Source of the DNA: Thermoplasmata archaeon
GTDB taxonomy: Archaea > Thermoplasmatota > Thermoplasmata > Thermoplasmatales > ARK-15
Assembly (NCBI GenBank): GCA_049967595.1
Contig: JBMFSK010000003.1
Coordinates: 1-44,222, forward strand
Length of the DNA: 44,222 nt
Direction of reading: 5' to 3'
The notes under the pieces were generated by a model. The model saw nothing but the letters and a program-made list of their open reading frames with translations. It was not told the origin of the DNA and made no database searches. A program made the position numbers and the translations under genes. Shown here in pieces: positions 20,701 to 29,357 of this stretch. Every line of letters begins with the position of its first letter. Position 1 is the first letter of the stretch.

Positions 20701-20841
20701 AAAGAAGTTCTAAAAAATAAATGGCAGTATATAGAGAATGAAACGCTATCCAGAATAAATGAGAATCTAAAAGAAGGATATTCTAGGGATTGGGATATTC
20801 AGGAAAGAGTAGTCAAAATAACGATAAAGAATCTGAATTGA
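17761..20841 (+). CDS. ileS: Isoleucyl-tRNA synthetase (archaeal/eukaryal type)
   Basis: GPPTANG-PHFGH (HIGH), GWDCHGLP, WTTTPWTLP, GTGIVH, DQTRGWF, KMSKS; ATG 17761 has a TATA about 30 nt upstream. Confidence 0.97.
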   Translation: MEKETFNPKLDFVKIEKEMMDYWEKENIFSQLRKKNENNEIFSFLEGPPTANGHPHFGHALTRVTKDVVLRFQAMKGKNVFPWIGGWDCHGLPVELEVEKMLKINSKKEIEKYGIKEFNLLCKESVFKYKKEWEDMTKRIGFWIDLDNAYITMSNNYIESVWWALSQVWKMGLLEKSFKIVPYCPRCGTPLSSHEVAQGYKETDDPSVYVKFKVKEEDAYFLVWTTTPWTLPSNLFLAVNEKFDYALVEFGNERFYISFDLAKKLMPDAKIIKTIKGKDLIGKKYDRIIDAIPYEGDVFFVVQGDFVSLEEGTGIVHIAPAFGSDDFEIGKKLNVKILNPVDRDGRFIEGPWKGKFVKDADKEIISFLKKENKLFKYERIKHTYPFCWRCGTPLLYYPLDTWYIKVSNVRERLIENNEKINWIPDHLKYGRFGNFLLEAKDWALSRDRYWGTPLPVWKCKNGHTFVPSSFKELFEYADNVPNDFEPHRPWVDEISIRCPKCNEKMERENFVIDGWFDSGSAPFAQFHYPFENAEKFQKFFPVDFITEAIDQTRGWFYTLHVVNTLINNSNSYKNVLTLGFVLNEKGEKMSKSRGDAVDPMPIMDSLGADALRVYIFSSPPWKDRRVSSTLIKEYRSKTIETLWNSYVFFKNNAILDKFDYDGGEITESLDKWIISRLNSTIKCVENYMEKYEIHRAMECNEIFINELSNWYIRRSRRRFWEEKLTQEKLSGYRTLFLVFRDFSKVLAPFAPFISEYIFRNLTKEVSVHLQEFPSHNEFLIDTHLETEMQSLINIVELGRKARQIANIRTRQPLEKFYVVSRNTNLKDIIEKYKEIITEELNVKDVLFDENINKYIKLEVKFDPKVVGPILKAGIKKYTDNLISMDPWSLKKVTEENDKVKILDIDFPSNALLFNEKPIEDLVMVKDKDTYVLITKKIDRNLLLEGLARELVRRIQLMRKELDLAYADRIELNIESQDPDIKEVLKNKWQYIENETLSRINENLKEGYSRDWDIQERVVKITIKNLN

Positions 20842-20923
20842 TTTTTATTACAATTCGAGAAGAGCAAGAAAAAATATTAAAATATAAGAAGCAATACCAT
20901 TAAAGAAATAAAGGGTAATTGTT

Positions 20924-21652
20924 ATGGAATCAAAGGATTGGAGAATATTGTTATATTCGATATTAATAGGTATAGTTATTCTGCTGATTGCTTTTATGGT
21001 ATTGGATTCTCTTATACTTATATATCCTATTATTATGTTTTATCTTTTCCATAGAATGAAAATATGGCAAACAAAAAAAAGAGCAAAACTTGGAACAATT
21101 GCGATACTCATTGTTTCATTAGTATCTCTAATTTATTATCCAATAGGAAGTTCAAGTTTGAACCAGTATTATGAAACTTATCATATTTCAGGATCAAATC
21201 AGACTATAGTAAAGAATGTAAGCTTTACCATTTACCCGTCAAACATGTTCTATTTGAATATAACAACGACAAAGACAGTCCATTCACATTTAAGTTTAAG
21301 TTACATAAATGAATCCACTGGAAACACTGTGCCTATAATGAATTTTTCATCGAATTCAACGTTAGAAAATGGAAATTATATTACAACCTTTACCATAAAT
21401 GTTAAAAATTTATCATCAGGTATTTACATTTCAAATGTTTCTATAAACAATGGATCACCATCTGTTATTGTTTTTGCACCGAGGATGCTTTCTTCACAGG
21501 AATTTAATTCTATAGTAAATAGGATTGCGCTTTTTGATACTATTTATCTTTTCATATACGTGTTTTTAATGGCTGAAATATTCTTTTTGGCCATAATATT
21601 TGGTGCACACACTATGCGTAGAGGTAAACAAGTTATTTCAAAACAGACATAA
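20924..21652 (+). CDS. Membrane protein with N-glycosylation-sequon-rich extracellular domain
   Basis: 2-3 N-terminal TM segments, about 120-aa Asn/Ser/Thr-rich loop with 9 N-x-S/T sequons, C-terminal TM. Confidence 0.7.
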   Translation: MESKDWRILLYSILIGIVILLIAFMVLDSLILIYPIIMFYLFHRMKIWQTKKRAKLGTIAILIVSLVSLIYYPIGSSSLNQYYETYHISGSNQTIVKNVSFTIYPSNMFYLNITTTKTVHSHLSLSYINESTGNTVPIMNFSSNSTLENGNYITTFTINVKNLSSGIYISNVSINNGSPSVIVFAPRMLSSQEFNSIVNRIALFDTIYLFIYVFLMAEIFFLAIIFGAHTMRRGKQVISKQT

Positions 21653-21653
21653 A

Positions 21654-23183
21654 CTATTTTTTAATTTCTTCCTTTATGTATTTGACCATTTTATCAGGAT
21701 TCAATATTTCTATTATATATTTTATATCTTCTTTGCTTATTATTCTTAAAAACAAAGAAATTCCGAAAAATATCAAAAATGTTAAAACAAGCCATATAAG
21801 AAGCGACCACCACGGATAAGTTGGGAAATTAAAATATCTTAAATAAAAGATAATTATCCCTGTAATTATACCTGTGCCTATCTGATATAGAATATTTTTG
21901 TTGCCAAATATCCCTTCCTCCCTATATGTGTAGATTCTTATTATAATCATAATTACCAATGCAGATATGAAGTTTGATAAAGCTGCACCGAGAGCTGAGA
22001 AGCCGAATAGTTGTCTGTCCAAAAAATACCTTGGTATAAAAATTATATCAAAGAATATAATAATTGAAAATGATATAAAGCTCATGTACATCAGAAATTT
22101 TGGATTTCCTGAGGCGTTGAAATGTGTGGAATAAGGAGAATTTATTGAATTAACAAAAGCCATTAAGGAAAGAATTATCAATATTGAATTGAATGCAATC
22201 AACTGGGCTGTCCACAAATTAACAATCTGCTTTGAAAAAATGATCATAAATACAATAATTGGCAAAATTGCCATTGATATATATTTTTCAGCCAACAATA
22301 TTAGGTTAGAATATTCTCCCTTTTTATTGTTTGAATGGAGTGATGATAATACTGGATAAAGAAATGCAACCAATGATCCTGCAGTTGAATTCACAAATGC
22401 TACAATGGTTAAAATTCCTGAGTAAGCCCCAACATAATAAGGCCCCCAGAAATATTGCAATATTACATTGCTTACATTAGCGGATACTGCACCTAAAATT
22501 ACTGAAACAGATACGGGAATCGCAAATTGTGAATATTTTCTAAAATGTTCACGTGTTGGTCTTTTAAATTTCCAATTCCTGCCGTAATACATGAACATTA
22601 AAACATAAATTGAATAAGTAATTACCATAATTAAAGCCATTATAAGAGAATATTCATTTTTATTAACTAGGGATGTGGCTATGAAATAGCTTGTAACAAT
22701 GTACATAAAATTCCTGAAAGTAGCTTCAATAATCCTTGGAACGCTGATTATTGCAGCTTTAGTCAAAGCATTAAATATAGATTGATAATAAACTACAAAA
22801 CTTTGCAATATATAATATGGTATTAATATAAAAAAATCATATTCTTCATAAGGCGTCTGAAAGTGTCCTCCAAAAAATAATTCCCAGAATTCTATCGAAG
22901 ATATTACAATAACTACAAATATTATGGCTAAAATAATTTTTATAATAAAGTAAGTTGTAATTGCATATTCAAAATCCATTCCTTCTGATATCCTTTTTAT
23001 ATTCGCAGTTGAAAATCCCAAATCCAAAATAAATGAAAACAATCCTAGAAATGAAAGGGAGAATTGAAGAACGCCATAAGGTTCAAGACCTGCATATCTT
23101 AAAACATATAGAAGACCAATGTATCCGATTAATCCTGTCAATAAATTCTGGGCAACCAAGAGCAAAGATTTTCTCCCTAGCAT
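21654..23183 (-). CDS. Oligosaccharide flippase (Wzx/MOP superfamily)
   Basis: About 14 TM; GLEPYGV...DLGF, YVGAYS, FSALGAALS typical of polysaccharide-biosynthesis flippases. Confidence 0.85.
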   Translation of the reverse strand: MLGRKSLLLVAQNLLTGLIGYIGLLYVLRYAGLEPYGVLQFSLSFLGLFSFILDLGFSTANIKRISEGMDFEYAITTYFIIKIILAIIFVVIVISSIEFWELFFGGHFQTPYEEYDFFILIPYYILQSFVVYYQSIFNALTKAAIISVPRIIEATFRNFMYIVTSYFIATSLVNKNEYSLIMALIMVITYSIYVLMFMYYGRNWKFKRPTREHFRKYSQFAIPVSVSVILGAVSANVSNVILQYFWGPYYVGAYSGILTIVAFVNSTAGSLVAFLYPVLSSLHSNNKKGEYSNLILLAEKYISMAILPIIVFMIIFSKQIVNLWTAQLIAFNSILIILSLMAFVNSINSPYSTHFNASGNPKFLMYMSFISFSIIIFFDIIFIPRYFLDRQLFGFSALGAALSNFISALVIMIIIRIYTYREEGIFGNKNILYQIGTGIITGIIIFYLRYFNFPTYPWWSLLIWLVLTFLIFFGISLFLRIISKEDIKYIIEILNPDKMVKYIKEEIKK

Positions 23184-23717
23184 TGTACCACACTCTAATT
23201 TTCTTTTACATTTATGTAATTCTTTCTTAAATAGTTTTACAGTATTTTAATCAGAAATTATGATCATCAATATGTGTAAAAAACAAATTTCATTTGAACA
23301 AATTATTTTCAAAAAATGCATATAATTGCTCACTATTCAAATATATTGACTACAGCTAACGTAAAATTGGATCTTAAAAAATAGAGATCTTTGCCCTAAA
23401 AATTTGAATCAAAAAAATGAAATAAAGGAAATATAATTAAACATAATCGAAGATGCCATAAAAACGGTTAATAACAAAAAGGTAATATAGACAATAAAAT
23501 TTGAGCATTAATGAAAGCATAGTTGAATGTGAGGGAAAATCAAGCACACTTCAATCATATCTGATATTTGGCACAATTATAACAAATATGTTTAGAAAAA
23601 TTTCGATGAAGTAATAAACAGAAGAGTTCAAGAAGAAATCAGTCTAAGCAAGAATCTCACAGCTAGATAGTTTAAAGCCTTATAAAAAAAGTAAATCAAT
23701 TAATTTAAGGTTAAAAG

Positions 23718-24203
23718 ATGTGGTATACAAAAATTAATCTGAATAAAATAACGATTAGAAGATTTAAGATTGAAGATTTACCTCAGGTAGTGAGAGTTAT
23801 TGATAGAACATTGACTGAAAAATATTCACTAGAAATATATCATAGCATATACAATTCCTGGCCTGAAGGGTTCATTCTGGCTGACGTTGATTCTAAAATT
23901 GTGGGGGTAATTGCCTCAAATAAAAATTCTATTTATGAAGCTAGGATATTGATGTTCTCAGTTGATACTCCCTATCAGAACATGGGTATAGGTACAATGC
24001 TTTTGAAACATTTTGAAGATGTATGTAGGCAAGAAGGTATCAGGGCAATTAGGCTAGAAGTGAGAATTTCAAATGACAGTGCTATTAAATTTTACGAAAA
24101 AAATGGTTTTGTTATTATCAACATGATAAATAGCTATTACAGCAATGGTGAAAGCGCATACATAATGTGGAAAATGTTAGAAAATCCATTTAAAAAAGTT
24201 TAA
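23718..24203 (+). CDS. RimI/Ard1-family N-acetyltransferase
   Basis: QNMGIG acetyl-CoA motif, LEVRISNDSAIKFY, YYSNGESAYIM. Confidence 0.9.
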   Translation: MWYTKINLNKITIRRFKIEDLPQVVRVIDRTLTEKYSLEIYHSIYNSWPEGFILADVDSKIVGVIASNKNSIYEARILMFSVDTPYQNMGIGTMLLKHFEDVCRQEGIRAIRLEVRISNDSAIKFYEKNGFVIINMINSYYSNGESAYIMWKMLENPFKKV

Positions 24204-24221
24204 ATAAAAATAATAAAAATT

Positions 24222-25430
24222 TTAGAATACCTGCACCTTTCCTTCCATGATCTCATCTTTGAGTTTTGTTATAGAAGCTAAGTGCCTGTCGGCAATCTCT
24301 TTGAATTCCTTTTGGTAATTTTCAAGTTTAACTCCTTCTGCTGGTATGACTTGAATATTTGCTACGTGAGGATCATCTATCTTCCTTCCTATCTGGCTTA
24401 CGATTCTTACATGTACTTCTTTTATGTCATTATTTGCGGATTCATAAATCTCATTTGCAATTCTGAAAGCTAAAATGTTATAAAGTTTTCCAACATGTGT
24501 AACAGGATTTTTACCGGCAGCAGCTTCCATGCTCATGGGTCTATATGGTGTAATAAGACCATTTACCCTATTTCCTCTACCAACTGATCCATCATCACCA
24601 TTCTCAAATGAAAGCCCAGTAACTGTCAAGTAAAATAGATCAGCATCAGGATTATCAGCATTGTTAACATAAACATTTACTTTTTTATCAGTTAATTTAC
24701 TTGCATTGTCCAGAATGGCTTGTCTTACCTCTTCTTTTACACTTAAATAATGAGATTTATCAGGTATGTATTTATCTACAAAAGCCTCCGCGACTGTTAG
24801 ATTTATCTTATCCTTCTGTCTGAATCCCATAACTTTAACATCTTCTCCAATTTCTTTGTATTTATCTCTCAATTTTCCATTTATGAATTTTTCTGTTTCC
24901 AATGTTAGCTTTTCAGTTTCAGACATAGGTGCAAAACCCACACCAAAAGAAGTATCGTTTGCAAGCAATTTCGATGGATCATAAAGGCTTCTAAGATCCT
25001 GGGATCCCTGACCTATCTTGCAATCAAGTATTACGTCTTCTTCAACATTAAGATTTCTGAAATTTTTCTTAAGATAGTCTCTAGCTGCCTGAATTGCAAT
25101 AGTACGGTAAGGAATTCTTTCTTCACCTTTATTTATGTTTACCTTTGTTGTTGCCCTACCTACAAGAAGTATGTATATAGGTTCAAGAACAATTCCACCA
25201 CCAAACTTTGGCTGTGCCTGTCCTCCTACCACTTGAGTTTCATCCGTATTATGGTGAAGTATCCTTCCATAATGTTTTACATAATATTTGCTCAACGCTT
25301 CACTTATAGATTCTGCAATGCCATCTGCTACACTGTCTGGATGACCTATTCCTTTCCTTTCGACAATTTCGACATCTCTATCCATCACAGCCAAGCTTTT
25401 TAAGTTTTCTATTACTATGTTTCTTTCCAT
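24222..25430 (-). CDS. mat: S-adenosylmethionine synthetase (archaeal type)
   Basis: [44 protein letters not shown]; ATG 25430 behind a GGTGAT SD. Confidence 0.97.
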   Translation of the reverse strand: MERNIVIENLKSLAVMDRDVEIVERKGIGHPDSVADGIAESISEALSKYYVKHYGRILHHNTDETQVVGGQAQPKFGGGIVLEPIYILLVGRATTKVNINKGEERIPYRTIAIQAARDYLKKNFRNLNVEEDVILDCKIGQGSQDLRSLYDPSKLLANDTSFGVGFAPMSETEKLTLETEKFINGKLRDKYKEIGEDVKVMGFRQKDKINLTVAEAFVDKYIPDKSHYLSVKEEVRQAILDNASKLTDKKVNVYVNNADNPDADLFYLTVTGLSFENGDDGSVGRGNRVNGLITPYRPMSMEAAAGKNPVTHVGKLYNILAFRIANEIYESANNDIKEVHVRIVSQIGRKIDDPHVANIQVIPAEGVKLENYQKEFKEIADRHLASITKLKDEIMEGKVQVF

Positions 25431-25609
25431 TAATATCACCGTTTAAGTATGCTCATAAATGTTATTATTTTAATAAAGTTTTTGTAATTTTTAATTACCA
25501 ATAGTAATTATAAACTCCTTTTTAAAATTTTATATTATTTAAAAAATACTTTATTATAAAGCTTGAGAAAATGGTAAATAAGGCAAAAAAATATATATAT
25601 CTGTTTTTT

Positions 25610-25664
25610 ATATCTTAAATATGTCAGACATAATATAAATTAAGGTGTTAAATATGTCAGATAA
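25610..25664. promoter_or_regulatory. Candidate RHH operator: palindrome TATGTC-A-GACATA (25620-25632) and 14-bp direct repeat TTAAATATGTCAGA (25615, 25648)
   Basis: Seen directly; lies between a TATA-like run (about 25590-25600) and the start codon of the RHH gene. Confidence 0.55.
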
Positions 25665-26001
25665 TGAAAATCTCATGAATTCCGTGAGAATTACAATAAG
25701 AATTACTGGTGATGCATATTCAAAATTAGAGGAATTATTAAAAAGCGGAGAATATAAGAATTTATCAGAAATAATTAGAACTGCAATTCAAAGATTTCTT
25801 GAATCTAAGTTCTCTCCACCCAATATTTCAAAAATTCCTGTAGATATTCCAAAAGCAGTTATGGAAAACATAGAAATTTTGATAGAAAACGGTGATGCTG
25901 TAAACAAGGAGGATTTAATTAGGATGGCTGTAAGAGAATATGTGAACAGGAGAGTTAAAGAAATTGTTAGCAAGAGGATAAAGGAGAACAATGAGAGCTG
26001 A
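25654..26001 (+). CDS. cdrS: Tandem ribbon-helix-helix transcription factor, CdrS-like
   Basis: Two RHH units (RITIRI..GEYKNLSEIIRTAI and KIPVDIP..GDAVNKEDLIRMAV); overlaps ftsZ start, matching the archaeal cdrS-ftsZ2 arrangement. Confidence 0.75.
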   Translation: MSDNENLMNSVRITIRITGDAYSKLEELLKSGEYKNLSEIIRTAIQRFLESKFSPPNISKIPVDIPKAVMENIEILIENGDAVNKEDLIRMAVREYVNRRVKEIVSKRIKENNES

Positions 26002-27034
26002 AAATTTTATCTATGAAAATAGCGATAAATTTTCCTATTTAGAAAGAAATGAATTCTGTGTGGTTGGTATAGGTGGAGCTGGAACAAATACAATAAATAG
26101 AATTTATAATTTAGCAAGGAATAAATTTTATACAATATCGATTAATACAGACATGAACCATTTATCCTTTATAAACGCGGACAAAAAAATTCTGTTGAAT
26201 CTACCTAAAGGCTATGGTACAGGTGGGGATCCAGATATAGGATTTAGATCCGCATATTTGGCGAGGGATGAAATATTTAATGCATTAAAAGGTTTCAATG
26301 TGATATTCATAGTTTCGGGATTTGGAGGGGGAACAGGTACGGGCGCAACTCAGGTAATTACGAAAATTGCTCTGGAAACAGGTTCTATGGTAATTAATAT
26401 AGTAACATTGCCTTTCAAAGCGGAAGGATCTAGGTATAGAAAGGCATTAGATGGAATAAAGGATTTGACCAAAGTGGCAAAAACGCTAATTCTTCTCGAT
26501 AATAATAAATTGCTTGAAAACTCACCAAGGTATTTACCCGTTGAAAAAGCGTTTAAGGTTATGGATCAACTCATTTTTATGATCATACATTCTTTCCATG
26601 AAATGCTTTCAAGCACGTCAAATCTGCATATAAGCTATTCAGAAGTTAAAAATTTCTTTGCACAGGGGAAATTATCTACAATATTTTACAATGAAGGTAC
26701 TATAGATAATATTGACAGTATAATAAAAAATATGGTTGAAACCTCTCTTGCTGATATAAACATATCATCATCCACTAGGGCTATTATATTTATAATGTCT
26801 GGTGAAGAACTTGATCTTGATATCCTAATGAGAAAAGTTGTAGGAGGTTTATCATCACAGCTATCTTATAACGAAAACATCACGCCTGGGTACGTTGTAG
26901 ATAAAAGCCTTGACAACAATGTTAGAATACTTGTTCTTGTTACGAATGTTATAATTCCGGCAATAGAAGAGAGACCAGTGTCAGTGGAAAATAAGAAGGA
27001 TATTTTTGCAAAAAACCAAAATTTTTATCTTTAA
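25991..27034 (+). CDS. ftsZ: FtsZ-family protein (FtsZ2-like, divergent)
   Basis: GIGGAG, INTD, GGGTGTG tubulin signature, PFKAEG, DNNKLL; T7 loop degenerate. Confidence 0.85.
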   Translation: MRAENFIYENSDKFSYLERNEFCVVGIGGAGTNTINRIYNLARNKFYTISINTDMNHLSFINADKKILLNLPKGYGTGGDPDIGFRSAYLARDEIFNALKGFNVIFIVSGFGGGTGTGATQVITKIALETGSMVINIVTLPFKAEGSRYRKALDGIKDLTKVAKTLILLDNNKLLENSPRYLPVEKAFKVMDQLIFMIIHSFHEMLSSTSNLHISYSEVKNFFAQGKLSTIFYNEGTIDNIDSIIKNMVETSLADINISSSTRAIIFIMSGEELDLDILMRKVVGGLSSQLSYNENITPGYVVDKSLDNNVRILVLVTNVIIPAIEERPVSVENKKDIFAKNQNFYL

Positions 27035-27051
27035 TCATATTGTAATTTTCA

Positions 27052-28146
27052 ATGGATATTGCTATTGTGGGCGGTGGTCCGGCTGGACTATTTCTAGCTA
27101 AACTATTAAATAGAGAACATAATATAAGCGTGTTTGAAGAACATAAATTTGTTGGCTATCCTGTGCATTGTACAGGTTTAGTAAGCAGAGATGTGCTGCA
27201 ATATTCAGATAAAAATGTTATTCTTAATGAGATTAGAGGTGCAGAAATACATATTTCTGATGAATCTATTACTTTAGAAAAAAAAGGTACTGCTGCTTAT
27301 GTCATAAACAGAGCAGAATTTGACAGAAGTTTTTACGAAAATTCTGATTATCATATTTTAACGAATGAAAGAATAAAAGAAATAGAGAAAAAAGGAAAAA
27401 AATACATGCTTAAATCAAATAAAGAATATATATCAGACATTGTAATAGGTGCAGATGGCGCTAGAAGCATGGTCAGAAATAAAATTGTTAAAAAAAATAT
27501 TATTCTGTTGAATGGTATACAGTACGCAATTAAGAATAAGGAATATCTAGGAGAATATGTACAAGTTTATCTGGATAGAAAATACAGTGAAGGTTTTTTC
27601 TCTTGGATTGTTCCAAGGGAAGATGATATCTTGGTTGGCCTTGCAACATACGATTCACATCCAATGGATAGAATGAAATCATTTCTGAAAAAAAATATAA
27701 AAAATCCAGAAATTATTGAGAAAATGGCGGGGCAGATTCCAATAGGCATTTTGCCTGAACACAATAAAGAAAACATATATCTTACGGGCGATGCAGCACT
27801 TTTTGTAAAAGCGACATCGGGTGGTGGTTTATACTATGGCTTAAAGGGTTCACAAATCCTTGCAGAATGCATAAATAAAGGTGAATCATACAAAAGAAAT
27901 TTAAATAGTATGTTAAGAGAATTGTATAAGGATTTATGGTTGCACAGGATTTTTTCCAAGATGGATGACAAAGAATTACTGAAAATAATATTAAAAATTA
28001 AAGAAAAAGACCTTGTAAATGTTGTGAACGAGTATGGAGATATTGATAACCCTTCAATAGTTTCCAAAAAATTAATCTTCAATAGAAATTTGATTCAATT
28101 TTATCCCATAATACTTTTGAACATAATTAAATCATTTTTATCTTAA
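27052..28146 (+). CDS. Geranylgeranyl reductase family flavoprotein
   Basis: GGGPAG, PVHCTG, RAEFD, GADG, FSWIVP, GDAA..VKATSGGG. Confidence 0.85.
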   Translation: MDIAIVGGGPAGLFLAKLLNREHNISVFEEHKFVGYPVHCTGLVSRDVLQYSDKNVILNEIRGAEIHISDESITLEKKGTAAYVINRAEFDRSFYENSDYHILTNERIKEIEKKGKKYMLKSNKEYISDIVIGADGARSMVRNKIVKKNIILLNGIQYAIKNKEYLGEYVQVYLDRKYSEGFFSWIVPREDDILVGLATYDSHPMDRMKSFLKKNIKNPEIIEKMAGQIPIGILPEHNKENIYLTGDAALFVKATSGGGLYYGLKGSQILAECINKGESYKRNLNSMLRELYKDLWLHRIFSKMDDKELLKIILKIKEKDLVNVVNEYGDIDNPSIVSKKLIFNRNLIQFYPIILLNIIKSFLS

Positions 28147-28158
28147 AAATACTTATAT

Positions 28159-29331
28159 ATGAAATTCATGTTTGAAAAGAAAATGAAAAACAGATTTTTA
28201 TTGCTTGCAATATCCATTGCCTTGCTTACTGTCTCTATGAGAGCAGTTAACAATATGTTAGTTACAACGCTGCCATTATTCGGTAAATACATTTTACATT
28301 TCTCAAATGGTGAAATAGGGCTTCTAACCTCCATTTCTTTTATCTCGACATTTCTAGCAACAAGTTTAATTAATCCAAGATTGGGAACACACGCTAGAAA
28401 AATATTGTTTTCTTTATCAACATTTCTAATAATTCTTATTCTAATTTTAATTTTTTATTCCAATTCTCTTACTGTTTGGATATTTTCTGTAATTGCAGGT
28501 TTTTCATATGGTCTTATATCACCAAATATAATTACTTCAGCATCACTAATTGATGAAAAAAAGCTTGCAGAAAGATTGCTCGCAATTTACTCTGTTTCCT
28601 TAAGCCTGAGTCTTGTTTTTGGGCCTCTGCTTGAAACATTTCTTTTGAATTATTTCAACTATAGGGAAATTTTTCTACTTTTTGTTCCACTGGCACTGCC
28701 ATTATTCATATTATCTTTTAAAACTGAATTTCCAAAGGAAAAAGAGGAAAAATTCAGTCTTAAAGAAATAAACAAAAAGTCATTATTTGCATCTATATTC
28801 AACTTAATGATTTATAACATACCATTTTCAATAATCACAGTCTATGCAGCAATATATTCCATAGAAATCTACCACGTTACAAATACACTAGCATATTTTA
28901 TTTACGTACCATTCTTTACAATTTCACTTTTAACAAGGTTGACAATGGTGATACGACCATTTAAGGATTTGAGGAAACCAATAATAATATCTGCATTGCT
29001 AACTGCAATAGGTGTAATAATGCTAGCAATTCCATCAAACTTTTATTTCGTTATATTTTCCATGGCATTATTAGGAATACCTCATGGCGCCATATTTCCA
29101 ATGTCCACTATAATGATTTCTAGAAGTACAAAAATATATGAAAGAAATGCAGTGAACTCTTATTTAATTGCATCGGGCGATATTACCACCATGATTTTCC
29201 CACCCGTATATGGTTTCCTGATTCCATACTTAGGTTTTAGAATATTAATCGGATCACTTGCTATTCCTGTAGCTATATTTTTTATAATTCTCTATAAAAA
29301 TTATTTCAATGAAAGTTTCATGAAAATTTAA
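28159..29331 (+). CDS. MFS transporter
   Basis: About 12 TM, LSLVFGPLLE, GIPHGAIFP; Thermoplasmata/Sulfolobales-type MFS. Confidence 0.8.
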   Translation: MKFMFEKKMKNRFLLLAISIALLTVSMRAVNNMLVTTLPLFGKYILHFSNGEIGLLTSISFISTFLATSLINPRLGTHARKILFSLSTFLIILILILIFYSNSLTVWIFSVIAGFSYGLISPNIITSASLIDEKKLAERLLAIYSVSLSLSLVFGPLLETFLLNYFNYREIFLLFVPLALPLFILSFKTEFPKEKEEKFSLKEINKKSLFASIFNLMIYNIPFSIITVYAAIYSIEIYHVTNTLAYFIYVPFFTISLLTRLTMVIRPFKDLRKPIIISALLTAIGVIMLAIPSNFYFVIFSMALLGIPHGAIFPMSTIMISRSTKIYERNAVNSYLIASGDITTMIFPPVYGFLIPYLGFRILIGSLAIPVAIFFIILYKNYFNESFMKI

Positions 29332-29357
29332 ATAGTATAATTAAATAGATAAAAAAT

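Noticed and set aside
23557-23567. ATATCTGATAT palindrome as another RHH operator
   Set aside because: The same ATATC variant occurs inside coding regions (near 7783 and 27430, ISDI codons), so it is not above chance.
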